From positions 44,702,001-44,766,000 of the forward strand of contig NC_079167.1 in the NCBI RefSeq assembly GCF_947568905.1: DNA of 64,000 bases. The letters run 5' to 3'. This DNA is from Ostrea edulis (taxonomy: Eukaryota). Under the pieces are notes generated by a model that saw nothing but the letters and a program-made list of their open reading frames with translations, searched no databases and was not told the DNA's origin. Both the position numbers and the translations under genes were made by a program. Positions 26,774 through 41,100 of this stretch are shown here, in pieces (position 1 is the first letter of the stretch; every line of letters begins with the position of its first letter).

Positions 26774-27141
26774 AATAATAATAATTAATAATAATAATGA
26801 TTGGTTTTATATTGCGCCTTATCCAGCGTATGCTGCTCAAAGCGCTTTACAATAATCAATATACATTATTACCCCGGCAGACCTTATATCAATCTAGAAC
26901 TTTCTCAGCCTCCTAGGAAGCATACAGTGCAAGCTGCCGTTACAAGCGCTAGAGCACTAACATTCTAACAATATCTTTCACTGTCTATAGCCAGGTACCC
27001 CTTTTACACTTGGGTGGAGTGAGGAAATTCATGTAAAGTGCCTTTCCCAAGGACACAACGTCAGCCCTGCCGCGGCCAGGACTCGAACCCACGACCTTTC
27101 GGTCGAGAGTCTGACGGCCTAACCACTCGGTCACCGACGCC
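26774..27141 (-). mobile_element. Full-length tRNA-headed SINE (Meta/Deu-type central domains), (ATT)n tail
   Basis: Minus strand GGCGTCGGTGACCGAGTGGTTAGG (A box), GGTTCGAGTCC (B box), TTGTGTCCTTGGGAAAGGCACTT, CCTCACTCCACCCAAGTGTAAAAGGGGTACC, then GTAAAGCGCTTTGAG and the tail. Confidence 0.8.
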
Positions 27142-27236
27142 AATGAATGAAGGAAGGAACCAAGCAACCAAGGAAGGAAGGAACCAACCAAGGAAGGAAG
27201 GAAGGAAGAAACCAACCAAAGCAAGCAAGCAAACAA

Positions 27237-27610
27237 NNNNNNNNNNNNNNNNNNNNNNNNNNNNNNNNNNNNNNNNNNNNNNNNNNNNNNNNNNNNNNNN
27301 NNNNNNNNNNNNNNNNNNNNNNNNNNNNNNNNNNNNNNNNNNNNNNNNNNNNNNNNNNNNNNNNNNNNNNNNNNNNNNNNNNNNNNNNNNNNNNNNNNNN
27401 NNNNNNNNNNNNNNNNNNNNNNNNNNNNNNNNNNNNNNNNNNNNNNNNNNNNNNNNNNNNNNNNNNNNNNNNNNNNNNNNNNNNNNNNNNNNNNNNNNNN
27501 NNNNNNNNNNNNNNNNNNNNNNNNNNNNNNNNNNNNNNNNNNNNNNNNNNNNNNNNNNNNNNNNNNNNNNNNNNNNNNNNNNNNNNNNNNNNNNNNNNNN
27601 NNNNNNNNNN
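27237..27610. other. Assembly gap (N run), preceded by GGAA/CCAA simple repeats
   Basis: Direct reading. Confidence 1.
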
Positions 27611-28419
27611 TAGGGTTGATGGAAGAGGTAGGGTGGGGTTAGTGGTTAAGTTTATTTACTTGCGTACTCATAGACATGCAGATCTCGAACTTGCAAATTT
27701 TGCCTTGAATTGAATACCTCACATGCAGCTCTTTGTATGTAAAGCGTCCAGCGCACACTGATCAACTGACGAGGAAGGTTTTATCGGGGTAGGCGTTAGA
27801 AGTAATCCGACAGACCGACAGCGTCACGTCTTATGAATATGCATGATTTTCGAGTTCTATATATAGACCCGTTTAACCTCCTTTATTGTAAACATTATGT
27901 ACAGTGACTACTTGCCGTTTTGTGCAACAACGAAAAACAAACACCCAACACCCCCATCCAAACAACAAACATGTTTTAAGTTTTTGACATTGCAGCGACT
28001 GAAACTGGAGTATTTAATTCAATTAAATTCTTTATTGGCACTAAAGCACATGCAAGTGTTGTTAGCCATCTAGTATAATATATATATTGTGTTACATAGT
28101 ATTACAATCCTAAGGAAAATACGGAGGTGTGGATGGGGGGATATTAATCCCTTGTCAGCGACATAAAGTGGAGAAGACTATATATTGCATGTATATGTGG
28201 ATAGAAAGGGTCATCAGTCTATATTTAAAAAATAGATTTTTTTATTATTATTTAAACCATGTCATATCGGGTGCAAAATATTTTCTTTTATTTGAGCTTA
28301 CAATTTCATTCTGCCAGATACTGTAAGGTAACATATAAGCCTACTCCTTTACAATATGCACTCAGAAAATTACAATTTCCATATATTGTCTCTGTGGTTT
28401 ATTGTATGTACATGTAGTA

Positions 28420-29674
28420 TTGTAAGGTCAGTCTAGCAGATTCCCAGGTCAGTCTAGCAGATTCCCAGGTCAGTCTGCCAGATCCCCTCATGAAATATCA
28501 CATTAAAAAAAATGTCTATATGGTGTCTCTGTCACCTATAATATGTATTATTAAAAGGTCAGTCTAGCAGATTCCCAGGTCAGTCTGCCAGATCCCCTAA
28601 TGAAATATCACTTATACACCATTATGCTATACACATTACAATTTCCATACAATAGTTCTGTCACCTATAGTATGTATTATTATAAGGGGAGTCTGGCAGA
28701 TTTCAAGGTCACTCTATCAGATCCCCTCATGAAAGGTCACTTATACACCATACTGTCTCTGTCACTTATAGTATGTATTATTAAAAGGTCAGTCTAACAG
28801 ATTCCAAGGTCAGTCTGCCAGATCCCCTTATGAAATATCACTTATACACCATACAATTTCTATATGGTGTCTCTGTCACCTATAGTATGTATTATTAAAA
28901 GGTCAGTCTAGCAGATTCCAAGGTCAGTCTGTCAGATCCCCTCGTGAAAGGTCACATACACCATACAATTATCCATACGATATTTCTGTCACCTATTGTA
29001 TGTATTATGATAACGTCAGTCTAGCAGACTCCCAGGTCAGTCTGCCAGATCCCCTAATAAAAGGTCACTTATACACCACATTATACAACACACATTACGA
29101 TTTCCATACGATATTTCTGTCACCGATTGCATGTACTATTATAAGGTCAGTCTGTCAGATCCCCTCATGAAATATCACTTATACACCATACAATTTCTAT
29201 ATGGTGTCTCTGTCACCTATAGTATGTATTATAAGGTCAGTCTAGCAGATTCCAAGGTCAGTCTAGCAGATTCCAAGGTCAGTCTGACAGATCCCCTCAT
29301 GAAAGGTCACTTATACACCATACAATTTCTGTATGGTATCTCTGTCACCTAGAGTATGTATTATTATAAGGTCAGTCTAGCAGATTCCAAGGTCAGTCTG
29401 ACAGATCCCCTAATAAAAGGTAACTTAAACACCATACAATTTCTATATGCCCCAAGCTACCCCCGGGGGTCATGGTTTTAACAAACTTGAACCTGCACTA
29501 TGTCAGGAAGCTCTAATGTAAATTTCAGCTCTTCTTGCCCAGTGGTTCTTGAGAAGAAGATTTCTAAATGATCCCACCCTATTTTTGCATTTTTTGTGAT
29601 TATCTCCCCTTTGAAAGGGGCCTGGCCCTTCATTTGAACAAATTCGAAAGCCCTTCACCCAAGGATGCTTTTTA

Positions 29675-29716
<42 letters not shown>

Positions 29717-29816
29717 TCGAAAATGTGAAAAGTTTACAGACGGACAGACAGACAGACGACGGACAACAGGTGATCAGAAAAGATCACTTGAGCTTTCAGC
29801 TCAGGTGAGGTAAAAA
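28420..29816 (-). mobile_element. HINE-like element: ~114-bp satellite units (28420-29450) joined to a HINE end
   Basis: GGTCAGTCTAGCAGATTCC...GATCCCCTCATGAAA units, then HINE body, (GACA/GACG)n and TCAGGTGAGGTAAAAA. Confidence 0.7.
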
Positions 29817-31690
29817 GTTGTTTTTCTCCCAATGTCGTTGGTTTTAAATGTTGCAGCTATTTTGTCAGTGTTGTATATTTGATAGAGCTCAACTTTAATA
29901 CATATGCTGCAATGCTTTATTATGGTATACATTTAATAAAGCATCAAGAATGAATAATGTCAATATGCCTTTAATCAATGTAAAATCATTAGCAGGATAA
30001 ATTCGTTATAAAGACACCTAGAGGGGTAATACGTAAATATATGGGGGTCCTTGAAAAGAAAAATGTTGGGTTCGACGTACACCTTGCTCAATATGACCTC
30101 GAAGTGTCTATAATATCACACTATACAGATTACAATTTACAAATCATATCAGAGCATCATCATAAGGTGTATTACAAATATCAAATCGACTAAATGTTAG
30201 TACTTAAAACCTTTATCCTATATGTGATTTACAAAACATTTTAAACATACTAGATTGTAATATCAGAATGCTGCTTTAAGTTTCATAATAGAACATCATT
30301 GAAAACAAATTCATGATTTCTGAATCATTGAATTATTTAATGTACTGATTTCTATGTATGCTGTAAATTGTGTACTATTTCTCACAAAATATACATTATT
30401 GGAACATAATGTAGGTACACTGTTCATAATTTTCAGTATATTACAACATTTAAACATTATTTGAAGAGAGAGTTGCCTGACAATAAAATTTCACTTGTAA
30501 TACATTGTCTGTGAAGGTCATTGATTATCAAATGACTCTTATACATGCTCATCTTCGTGAAACTGAAGGTCCTCAAAAAAATCAAATTCACTTTGAAGAT
30601 TCTTCCCCAGACTGATGGATTTCTTTGTCTAGTGTTTCAGAAAAAAAAGAACAATAAATACACACCAATTTTCCTTGTAACAATAATCTAAAACATTACA
30701 CTCACTGAAGTTACCTGTTTTCCTTTATATTCCCATACAGAAATTCAACCCCATTGTAACCCCACCTTTACTTTGGATGCAACTCTCGGACCAAAGTATT
30801 TTGAGAAGACCCCATTTCTATTTTCACTGTTTAATTATCCTTAAATGGGAGTTATGGTCCTCCTCTGAATAAAAATGATCCTCTCTAGTCCTTACCTTTA
30901 GAAGCTTAGTGCTAAGTTGGGTTGAAATATGTCCCATTGTTCCAGAGAACATATTGAACTATAAACACTTATAATAAATACATAATAAACAGACACCAGA
31001 TGCTTTATAATCAAAATAGCCTATCTAAGTCTATGGCTTAGATGAGCTAACACTGAACACATGTACCCATATACAAACTTCCTTAATATATCTAAAACAA
31101 AATTAATAATATTATCAAAGAATATTATTATATATTTTAAAAAATATTTATACAAAAATCTCTTCAATTTCTTTGCCTAGTTGGTTTTCATATCAGCAAA
31201 ACTTTACCTTTTTAGCAGCAGTTTTTCCATTTGATTTTTTATTGTCGTTTTCTCCCTTCAAAGAAGACACACAACACATTTGATAATCTTACTTGGTACT
31301 AGTAAATCATATTGCAGTGGAATATATTTCAGAATAAATATTTATTTGTAATATTTTGTTACACATTATGTCACTTACCCAAAATCTAATGGAACACATC
31401 CTGCAGATAAAGCTATCTTTTAAGATGTTCTCCTCCCCAACACAGTGGTTTTGTTTATGGAACTGTCTTTATCACGCCTCAGACAAAATTGTTGAAATCT
31501 GATTGGTCAGATCTTGGTCACATGACGCCATGAAAAAAACCGTATCATGCGAGTAAAATCCGTATTGGGCGAGTAATTTTATTTATCGTCGGGTTCGACT
31601 TGCAGACGTTTCAAAAGGAAAGACATTTGACTAAGTTGTATGATATAGACCCCCACATATACAGTTAGAGGTCTTCGACGTGATAAATTC

Positions 31691-31841
31691 GTTACACAGT
31701 CAGTTAGTGACCTGATACGGAAAAATACATGGTGTGAAAAGAAAACCCATATCGGGCTCGCTCGGCTTCACCTCGCCCGATACGGGTTTTCTTTTCACAC
31801 CATGTATTTTTCCGTATCAGGTCACTAACTAACTGTGTAAC
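31691..31841. mobile_element. ~150-bp near-perfect hairpin (MITE-like)
   Basis: GTTACACAGTCAGTTAGTGACC...ATCGGG pairs with CCCGAT...GGTCACTAACTAACTGTGTAAC; short CTCGCTCGGCTTCACCTCG loop. No TSD resolved. Confidence 0.8.
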
Positions 31842-32049
31842 TAATAGTAACATACATTCTTCACAATTCATCTACAGAAAAGCATAAAAGATTAGCAACA
31901 TCACTACTGAGTCTGGGAGTACCTACCCTACCTCAAACTGCTATGATGTAGTGTGAACGGAGACAATAGACATGGTTTGTGACTATGAAAGATTAGCTGT
32001 ACCTTACATATGGTTTATTCAGACTAAAGCATAACTTACATACTTAAAA

Positions 32050-32165
32050 TTTGTACTTTATTGTTAGTTTATTTTGTTTTACGTCCCTGTAAGAATTTTC
32101 CCCTCATACTGAGATATCACCAACTGTTAGGTGAAGTACCACAAATTTAGACCTATTCTTAGTTG
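32050..32165 (-). mobile_element. SINE 3' fragment
   Basis: Minus strand GATATCTCAGTATGAGGGGAAAATTCTTACAGGGACGTAAAACAAAATAAAC resembles the tail of the SINE at 48572-48827. Confidence 0.55.
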
Positions 32166-32176
32166 AAACATTGGAC

Positions 32177-35100
32177 CTATGTTTTTACACACCAAATATC
32201 GGAACTTTGCAAGTTCATGATGGCCTCTGTGTACTCCTTTTCTGATGATGCATGAGCACATCTCCTCAGCATTCCCAGCACGCGATCTTTGCAATCAGTA
32301 AGACCGTTGTCTGTCTTGCTGACCCATCTAATCCAGCTTTGTTCTCTGTGAAAATCACAGATAAAAACAAAGCTTTCTGGAAGAAATAAAAATCAACATG
32401 TGGGAATAGCAGTTGGTAATTCAAATGTCATTAATTTAATGTAACCAATTAAAATAGTTATATACATTACATACATAATTATTTTCTGTCAATTTACTTT
32501 AACTATACAGGGAGAAGTTTTACTTTCATACGAAAATTCAAATATCCTAGTATTCACTGCATTCTTATTACCTCTAAATCAATTGAATTTTCATTATAAA
32601 TCTACTGAACAATAAAAATTAACCATCATACCAGGAAAAATTTCCTCAATTGCAACAATTTCTCTTTCACAGAAATCTGTCATGAAAAACTTGGGTTCCC
32701 AGTACCACTCTGCTGGCTTGTCTGGTGCATTATGGAGCCAAGTTTTTATTGTCTGTAGGCCTTGCATTATTGATCTCTTCATCTCGTGCTGAACAATAAA
32801 TTCAGCCACTACACTGTACCCTATGTTGGTTTTGACAGCAAGGAAAAACAGTGGCAATGCATACTCTGTGGTTCTGTAGGTTGCATCTAGCAAGCACAGG
32901 GAATTTCCATACCTGCAACAAAATGCATTCTAAAGAATAGCAAGTCACAAGTAAAAGAAAAAGCAAATCAAATGCAAACATTTATCTTACATCTGTTACA
33001 TTATGGTAAATCAGTATTTGAAAGACTGAAATGAAATCTTAAACACTGACTGATTTTCTTATCAATATTTGAATGAAAAATGAATCAATTACATAATTGC
33101 TGCCTTAAACAATCAATCAAAACACCTGACAGTTTTAATAAGTTTTATTAATTCAAACCTGTACAATAGATGACGTTGAAATTCACTCTGGTGACAGAAG
33201 AAAAATTCTGTTGTCTCTGCTGTCTGTATTTGAGGATAGACCTCATCATCATCATCTTGCTCCACACAATCTATGTTCCTCAAAATATCTCTGTCAGTTG
33301 GTGCAGAGTCAGAGGCAGGCATAAAGATGAAATTATCCTTTGGATAATTGTCTTGCCACTCTGCTACCTTTTGCAGGAGATTTTCTTGATCTATCCTTGA
33401 GTATCTACATCAAAATGACAGTACATGTATTTTCTTCTCTTAAAGTGTTGTTGAATGTTTTCCATCAAGCAGAACTAATTAGTTGTATAATTTGTCAAAA
33501 TGAAAATTACATTACTAGTAAATTAAACTTTCAACATGTTGTATTACCTCAACCTCAGCTGGGCAAGGTAGATGTGTGTCCTGATTGTTTCGTCTGTTGG
33601 ATAGTAGGCAGCATCGGACAATGCAGGACGCTTAATATCTTTAAAGAGCAAGGTATCAACATACACATGCAAATGTCTTCGCATCTCTGAAACACTTGTT
33701 ACACCATGCCCAACAAGTTCACCAAGTTTATCTCGAACTTCCTTGGACAGAGGATTCATGAAGCCTGCAAGCTGAAAATTAATTGATTTACATATCAATT
33801 CTATATAAAAGGACAATGTTATCAACATCTTGTTCCTGTAATTCTGAAAAAATTATCTTCCTTGGTATGGATGTGACCTCTCTGTATGAATGGAGTGCCA
33901 AATTAACATAAACTCAAACAATTGAAGATATGTTTACTTATTTGAATACATGTATAGCATCATTTCAAATGTTACATCCAAAAATTGAATCAATACTCAT
34001 ATTAATTGAATTGATGAGAGCAATAATTGATTTGATTTGTGTATAAATTTAATTAATTCTCTCATCAATTCAATTGATGTGCATATCAACATGGTGTATT
34101 TATCACTAACAATATTTAATTTGGAGCTTGGTATAAATTATTTGATGATCTCTTTCATTCAATTGAAGACATCTTTGACTATTTAGTTTTACATTTACAA
34201 TGAATGCATGTGTATAAGGAATCAATGCACACATCAATTCTTTTAAAGAGAGCAACAATTAAAAAGATCATTGATTCTATTGTGATTATGTTGAATTGAA
34301 GACATTTATTATTAAATGATTGCTCTCACTTCCAAAGAATCATTGTATGCATCGACTGAATTAAAGATATCATTAATTCAATAGACCTTCCTCCGAAAAG
34401 CTACATCCGGTTTGGTTTTCGCTTTTATGATATGTTTTATCACGTGATACCCGACATATGTTTACTCGATACAAAATGGACGTTAGTACAATCCGTGCAT
34501 CAACAGTGTGTAATTTACAAAATTTCTTGAAAGAACGGGGGATTAGCGCTCAGAAATTGAACAAAGGACACCTTGTAAGGTTTTGTGAAGCGGTACTTCA
34601 TCTTGACTTACCAAAAAATCCCGAATATATAAATATTTCATCAACTAATGACGTTATTCGCAAGCTCGATGCACTGGGGTGCAAGGATCCTCTCACCATG
34701 GATGGGTTTTCAAATACTCTGTCTGATATTCCAAATATTACTCTTTATGACGTTTTTAATTATCTAATAACATCGAGATCTGACTACGACAGAAAAAAAC
34801 TCAAAGCTTACAAATCATGCGAGGATTATAGACTATATTTCGATGGTCATGTGGATGATTTGGAGTACCACGGTCTCTCTAAAGAAGAACCCTTATGTCT
34901 CTTCAGAGCAAAAGTCAAACCAACTCAACGAGATAAAACTTACTTGAATGAAAGTTACTATAAATTATGGATCTGCATTGGAAAACAGCATGGCAATGTT
35001 AGATCAGCATACTGCACATGTATTGGAGGGTAAGTAGAGATTGGAAATGAATCACAGTGGGGTGTACAACATGTAATCTGTGATTATTTAATTAATGAAT

Positions 35101-38100
35101 GGTAAATGATTATCATGAGGGGTGTTTACTATTTACCATTATGACTATTGGTAGTGACATATGTACATATACATACTCTCAATGTGTTTTGTAGTGCTGA
35201 TGGTGCATGCAGACACATAGCAGCTGTACTGTATGAAATAGAGGCGTATGATGAGAAGTCATCCACTGACGGGGAGAATAAATGGATCAAAAGACCAAGA
35301 CATCATGATTGTCCAGTTCCAATTAAAAGATTAAAAATTATGAAAGCAAAGTAAGACCTAGTGTACAGATGTAAATACTTGATTTCATTGCAGTGGATGC
35401 AATATTAAAACTTAAGTTTATGATTTAAAAAATTATGTAATTAAAAAAAGGAATGGGGTCTTAGACTCGCAGAATAAAGTAAGATTTTTATGCATCATAG
35501 ATTATAACTTCCAATATCAATTTCCTTCATGAAAGATCTTACAAGGGGCTGATTAAATTCAGGAATTTCTTCACATTTACTTTGGTTTATAATCCATTTT
35601 ATCTTGTCATATATAGGTATCACAAGAATCCAGCTGCAGCAGATGTCAATAATAACTACACAAACGACGAGTTTGATCCTCGTGCTGTTGTTGAGGAAAT
35701 GAATGATGAAAAACTGGATTCTTTTTATGCATCTTTACAAAAGGTATTCTTTCACTAAATGGCAAAATTCAACACTGTATCGCTGTTGTATACCTGTACC
35801 AATTAATGTTAATAAGGAACATGAGTACCATAAGATATTGAATGTGTAAAACTTACTTTGTTTGTATATTCAGTGGTATTTTACTTCATTATTCTAAAAT
35901 CTATAAGATTTTAGATGATTTTAAACCAAAGAATATTCTGAAATTCCTTTTTTAAATAACAGATTGACCCAAATACACAGGCTTTGGATTTGCTGGAAAG
36001 TAAATTTGATGAGTCGGATGTACGAAAAACAAATGATGATCAGTGTGCCATGTGGTCCATTTGTGAGAAATCAGTGAATTTTCTTGATGAAAAAAAGCTA
36101 AACTATCAGTCTGTTGATGAAGTACCAGATTCTTTATGTGATACCTTTCTAGAAAATATCCATGCCAGTGAAGAAGACATCCAGTATGTTGAGTCGCACA
36201 CATATGGACAATCTGATAATTCCAACTGGCATGTAGCACGTAAAGGAATGATTACTGCATCAAATTTTAAAAAGGTGTGTGATTGTGTGGCTCATAAAAG
36301 AAATCCCAATTACTTGAAGAAACTGTTATTGGGTGCATATAGTGATGCAAAATCAGCTTCCCTTGCATGGGGTGTAAAGAAAGAAAGATGTGCAATGAAC
36401 TTGTATAAGAGAGTGGCAGGAAAGAAGCATATTGGCATGGATATTAAATTTCCTGGATTGCGCATATTCAAAGATAAACCTTACCTAGGTTGCAGTGTTG
36501 ATGGACTGTTACATAATGTAACATGCAAATGCAAACATCACGGTGGGACAAAAATTATTGAAATAAAATGTCCATATAGTGACAGGGAAAAGCTACCGAA
36601 GGAAGTGGCTCTTCTAAAAGGATGCGTTATGAATTCTAATGGAAATTTACAATTAACTCAGAGTTCAGACTACTATCCCCAAATACAGGGTCAAATGGGT
36701 ATCTATAACTGTCAATTTGCTGACTTGGTCATATATACCAAACAGGGAATCCATGTTGTTGAAGATATTGTGTATGACGAAAAATATTTCAGTGATATGA
36801 TTGAAAAATTAGAAATGTACTTTAAGAATATTTTGCTTAAAACTATGTTTGTCAATTGCAACAAAACTACATTTGTAGAATAGTAAAATTGTATACTATC
36901 TGGATTTATCTGTTTGTATTACAAAATATTGTCAACCACAGTAAAACATGGTATATAGCGAACCTCAAGGGTCAATGAAAAACAGTTTCTTATAACCAAA
37001 CTTTGTTTTATCCAATACAATTTTCATTTTTTCCTCTCTCAGAGGAGAATAAATATCACTTCACAATAAGAATGAATTTGTTATATGCTTGTTTGTTATA
37101 AGCATGTTTTACCGAATATTGAATTTTTTTTTAGAAGCCTGTAAAAATTGTTTTAAAGTGCTGTTTAATCCAGAATGGGGTCTAATTCAATATTTTGATT
37201 GGAATGGAGTCAGTGGTATCTGTACGAGAGTATTCAGATATCCTGAGTGAAAAAATTAAGCAAGACTGGTTATGACATTTCACATTTATTGTAATTTTAG
37301 TTGTATGTACAAATTTGATTTATTTCATCCGAAATAGATTGGATTGTCAATAAATCTCTAGAAATTGTAATATCTTATGTATACAGGCGTTTGTTAATTA
37401 TTTTCATATGTTCAGTGAGTAGAAAACCACACCACCGAAGGACCTGGAAATGACAGTATCCAACAGTGAATGGCTCTCTAGATAGCAAAATCCCGCCAGA
37501 CCCGCACAATGATGTAGCTTCAACATAATGTCTCTTTCCGCACAATGATGTACCCTCAACATGTCCCTTTAAGAAGTCATGATGCTGAATCTGAAATTTA
37601 AAGCAAAATCCGCAGCAGAAAAAGTCCTCTTAACCATGCAGGAAATTTACCTATACAAAATTTGGGGAGAGTGGGTGGGGATTTTCATGTGACCAACCCA
37701 CTGGGAAGTTTCAAGCAAAAAAGGGGGAAGCATGCGCAAAGGAATGCTTGCGTCATTTTGAAAGATTAAATGTAAAAGTAAAACCTAGTACATGTACTAC
37801 ATGCAATAACCGAAATACAAGCAATATTGACTTGATAAATTAGTTCGATTCTTAGTCAATAATTTTGTTTATCTTAAATGGATAAACTTAAATATTTTTA
37901 AAACATCAATGCAACAAATCTATGATAGGTAATCACTTAGAGAAACATTTGAGTATTACAAATTATACTCATCAACTCATTTAACAAGTTGCTTGTCTAG
38001 ATTACAAAGAATACCACAAACTTTAACTACATTGTCAAACTGAGTCTTCATTCTTAATGGTAAGGTACCCTGTAAAATGGCAAAGTTTTTCAGTCTACCT

Positions 38101-41100
38101 ATTGCTCTTTCAACATGAATTCTTGCATGAGCAATTCTCCTTGTTTTCGTTGTTGCTGCGCTACACATTTGTTTTCCCATTGCAAATGGAGGAATGTTTA
38201 ATGTCGCTCCTTTAAGAGCTAACTCCCCCCTGATCAAGAACCCTCTGTCTGCCATAATGTCATCTCCATATTCCAAATTCTCAAGGAAACCAGATTGCTC
38301 AACAATTTTCTTATCCGATATGCTGCCAGTGAATAAGTTGGATATAAAGGAAAATGACCCCCTTGGTGTTATTCCAACTAAACATTTGAAAGTGTTATGA
38401 TGTTTGTAGGAAGAATAAGTTATTCTTTGTGATGATGGCAGACTTGGCTTTTGCACAAAAAACTCTGTACAGTCAATAATACAACGTGTTTTGGGAAAAT
38501 GTTTGAAACATGCTGGACGTTTAAATCTTACTTGTTCTCTGCTTGGCCAGCGAATCAAGAATCCGAGTTCCTTAGATACCAAAGAAGTCCATGTTACAAA
38601 AATTCTGCTTACCAAAGTGTCAGATATTCCAAACATGTTGTCGAGAGAAATGGTGTCATAACCTCTTCGCAGTCTCAGAAGCATTAAGATCATCTCCTCC
38701 TTTAGTGTACACGTTTAGGACCTTTCCTTGGAGTCTAAAAATTAATTGCTTAAAACTTCAATTTTGTACGATACATAAAATTATATAATTTTATCATTAA
38801 ATTAGGATAATCTCATTTATAATCATTTCCTATAGTGCAAAAAAAATTCACGCTGATCTGTTACCTGCTTTTTACATTTTAGGATATACATTTAGGACAT
38901 GATATATAAAATCACTGTATAGTTCATTGTCTGCAAGATTGACTACTGTATTCAGACAAAATCCAGAATCTGTTACCTGTTTTCTTTCATTACTTGTCTC
39001 ACTGCCTCTCCAGTATGTCATACTCTTTGCCGACTTAGACAGGAACACAAAGAGAAACCCAAACATTGCCAGGGACAAACCTAAAATGAATGAATTGACA
39101 TAAAACTAAATACATTTGAAGAGTTTTGTCACCAATTAAAGAACTCTGTAGATATATGTAACATTCAGAACTTATTGTGCAAGTAGTAATAAGATAGTAC
39201 CTCTAGTATGTTACTGATTGATTGATTGTATATTGTTTAACATCCTGCTCGAGAATATTTCACTCATTTGGAAACGTCACTCTGATTTGATATATATATT
39301 ATATATTTTGTAAACTGATATCTTGATTCAAATGACTCTGACCTAGGGATTTATATTGATGTAGAAATGATATCTTGCAAATATTTCACATATATTAGAT
39401 TGTCTAAGCAACCATTGGTATAGTAAAGTTTAACAATGAACTACCAGTATAAAACTTGCAGCTGTTGTCATCTTTCATGACATCCTTCAAAATGAATTGT
39501 CTACGCATGCTTCCTCCATTCATCAAATTATCATCATCATAATCACAGAGATGTTCTTTATTTATTGTGGTTTGCACTGCTTGATCCACCATTACTTTCT
39601 TGGATGAATATCCATGCTCTGGGAGATGGTCAGACTTCCCTTTTGAGAAAAAAAACCACAAAACAATTTTCGACATGTCATGGTGGAGTTTTTTCCTCAT
39701 ATAATAATGATTATATCTTATCCGTACACATTGGTATTAGGTTTGTCATTGAAGAGATCATATCACAAAAAAAGCTAACTCTAAAATATACTGTACTTTC
39801 AATATTCGTTCTATGTGTGTGATTCAACACATTTATCAAAATTAAAGTGTGGATATTGCATATATCTCCATAATTCTTACCAATATCATCAGTTGCAACA
39901 TCCTCTACGTCACCTATCACAATAAATGCTGCCAGAGTAGGAACGGTTTCGATATCAACATTACGGGAAAGCTTTGTGGTGGTTGCGGTTTCGTGATTGT
40001 TAGCCTTTTTAGTTGGGGGTTTTCTCAATGGTTTTCCCTGGGATGACGATCCTGCAATAACCGGGTACGGATATTTCTCTGTAGGCTGACCTTCCACAAA
40101 GTGCTTGCTGCATACGTAGGCATGTTTGTTTACGTTTTTCACAGTGAAATTTTTCCTATTGCATGCTTTCACCCACACTAAAGTTTCGCGTAATCTTGTT
40201 TTGGGCTTAGGAATTGGCCAGAAAGTAACATCTCTCATATATTCCTTGTCTTTGTAGCGCGAATCACTGTTACAAGTGCCCCATGCACATCGTTTTACCA
40301 TATTTCTTTGATTTGTACTTTGTATTTACACCGCCTCAAATGTCGGGTATCACGTGATTAGTCGCTTACGTACTTATAAAAAGCCGCTTAAGATATGTAT
40401 AATTGGAGGAACGACTATTGAAGGGAGCAATAATTCAATTATTGTGCACATTAATTGAATTGATGCATTCTACAATTCAATTGAATAGAGCAATAATACA
40501 ATTATTGCACTCAGCAATTGAATTGATGTATGCATTAAATTAGCTATTGCTCTTTTCAATTAAATCATAGTGTGCATCAATTCAAATGCGATTTCATTTG
40601 AAAAGAGCAACAAGTAAATTATAGCAATGAATGCTATCAACAATTCAATATTAGTACATGTTTAATATGTGCTTCAACCTAAAAATATGTATTTTTGACT
40701 TACTTGTCCGGTAAGATGTGTTGACTCGTGATCTTCACTCCTTGGAAGCAAGATATAAATCCGTCTCTGTTTTTTTATTTTGTCAGGAACGTCTGAAATG
40801 TCATCCCTCAGATGTTCACTTGCTTTTCTTTTCAGTTTTTCTGTGTTTTTCTGCACCTATCGAAAATTACATCTATGAATTGAATCAACCCATTGATTCA
40901 TAATCCAAAATTTTACCTGATAGTCATGGAAGAATACAACATCTTTCATGATTATCTTGGCCTGACATCCTTTTTTCTTTGAAGCCTGGAGTAACTTTTT
41001 ACGTTTCTTTGGGACTGGATGGTCACCCTGTAGAGCAGACATATATATTAATCAACTCATGTTTTAAATTATAGAAATTGTATGGTGTATAAGTGACCTT

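Larger units (their letters stand above)
34383..40416. mobile_element. ISL2EU (PIF/Harbinger-related) two-gene DNA transposon inserted in a MULE intron
   Basis: TIRs AGACCTTCCTCC / AGTCGTTCCTCC, AT duplication at 34381-34382 and 40417-40418, convergent transposase and YqaJ genes. Confidence 0.88.
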
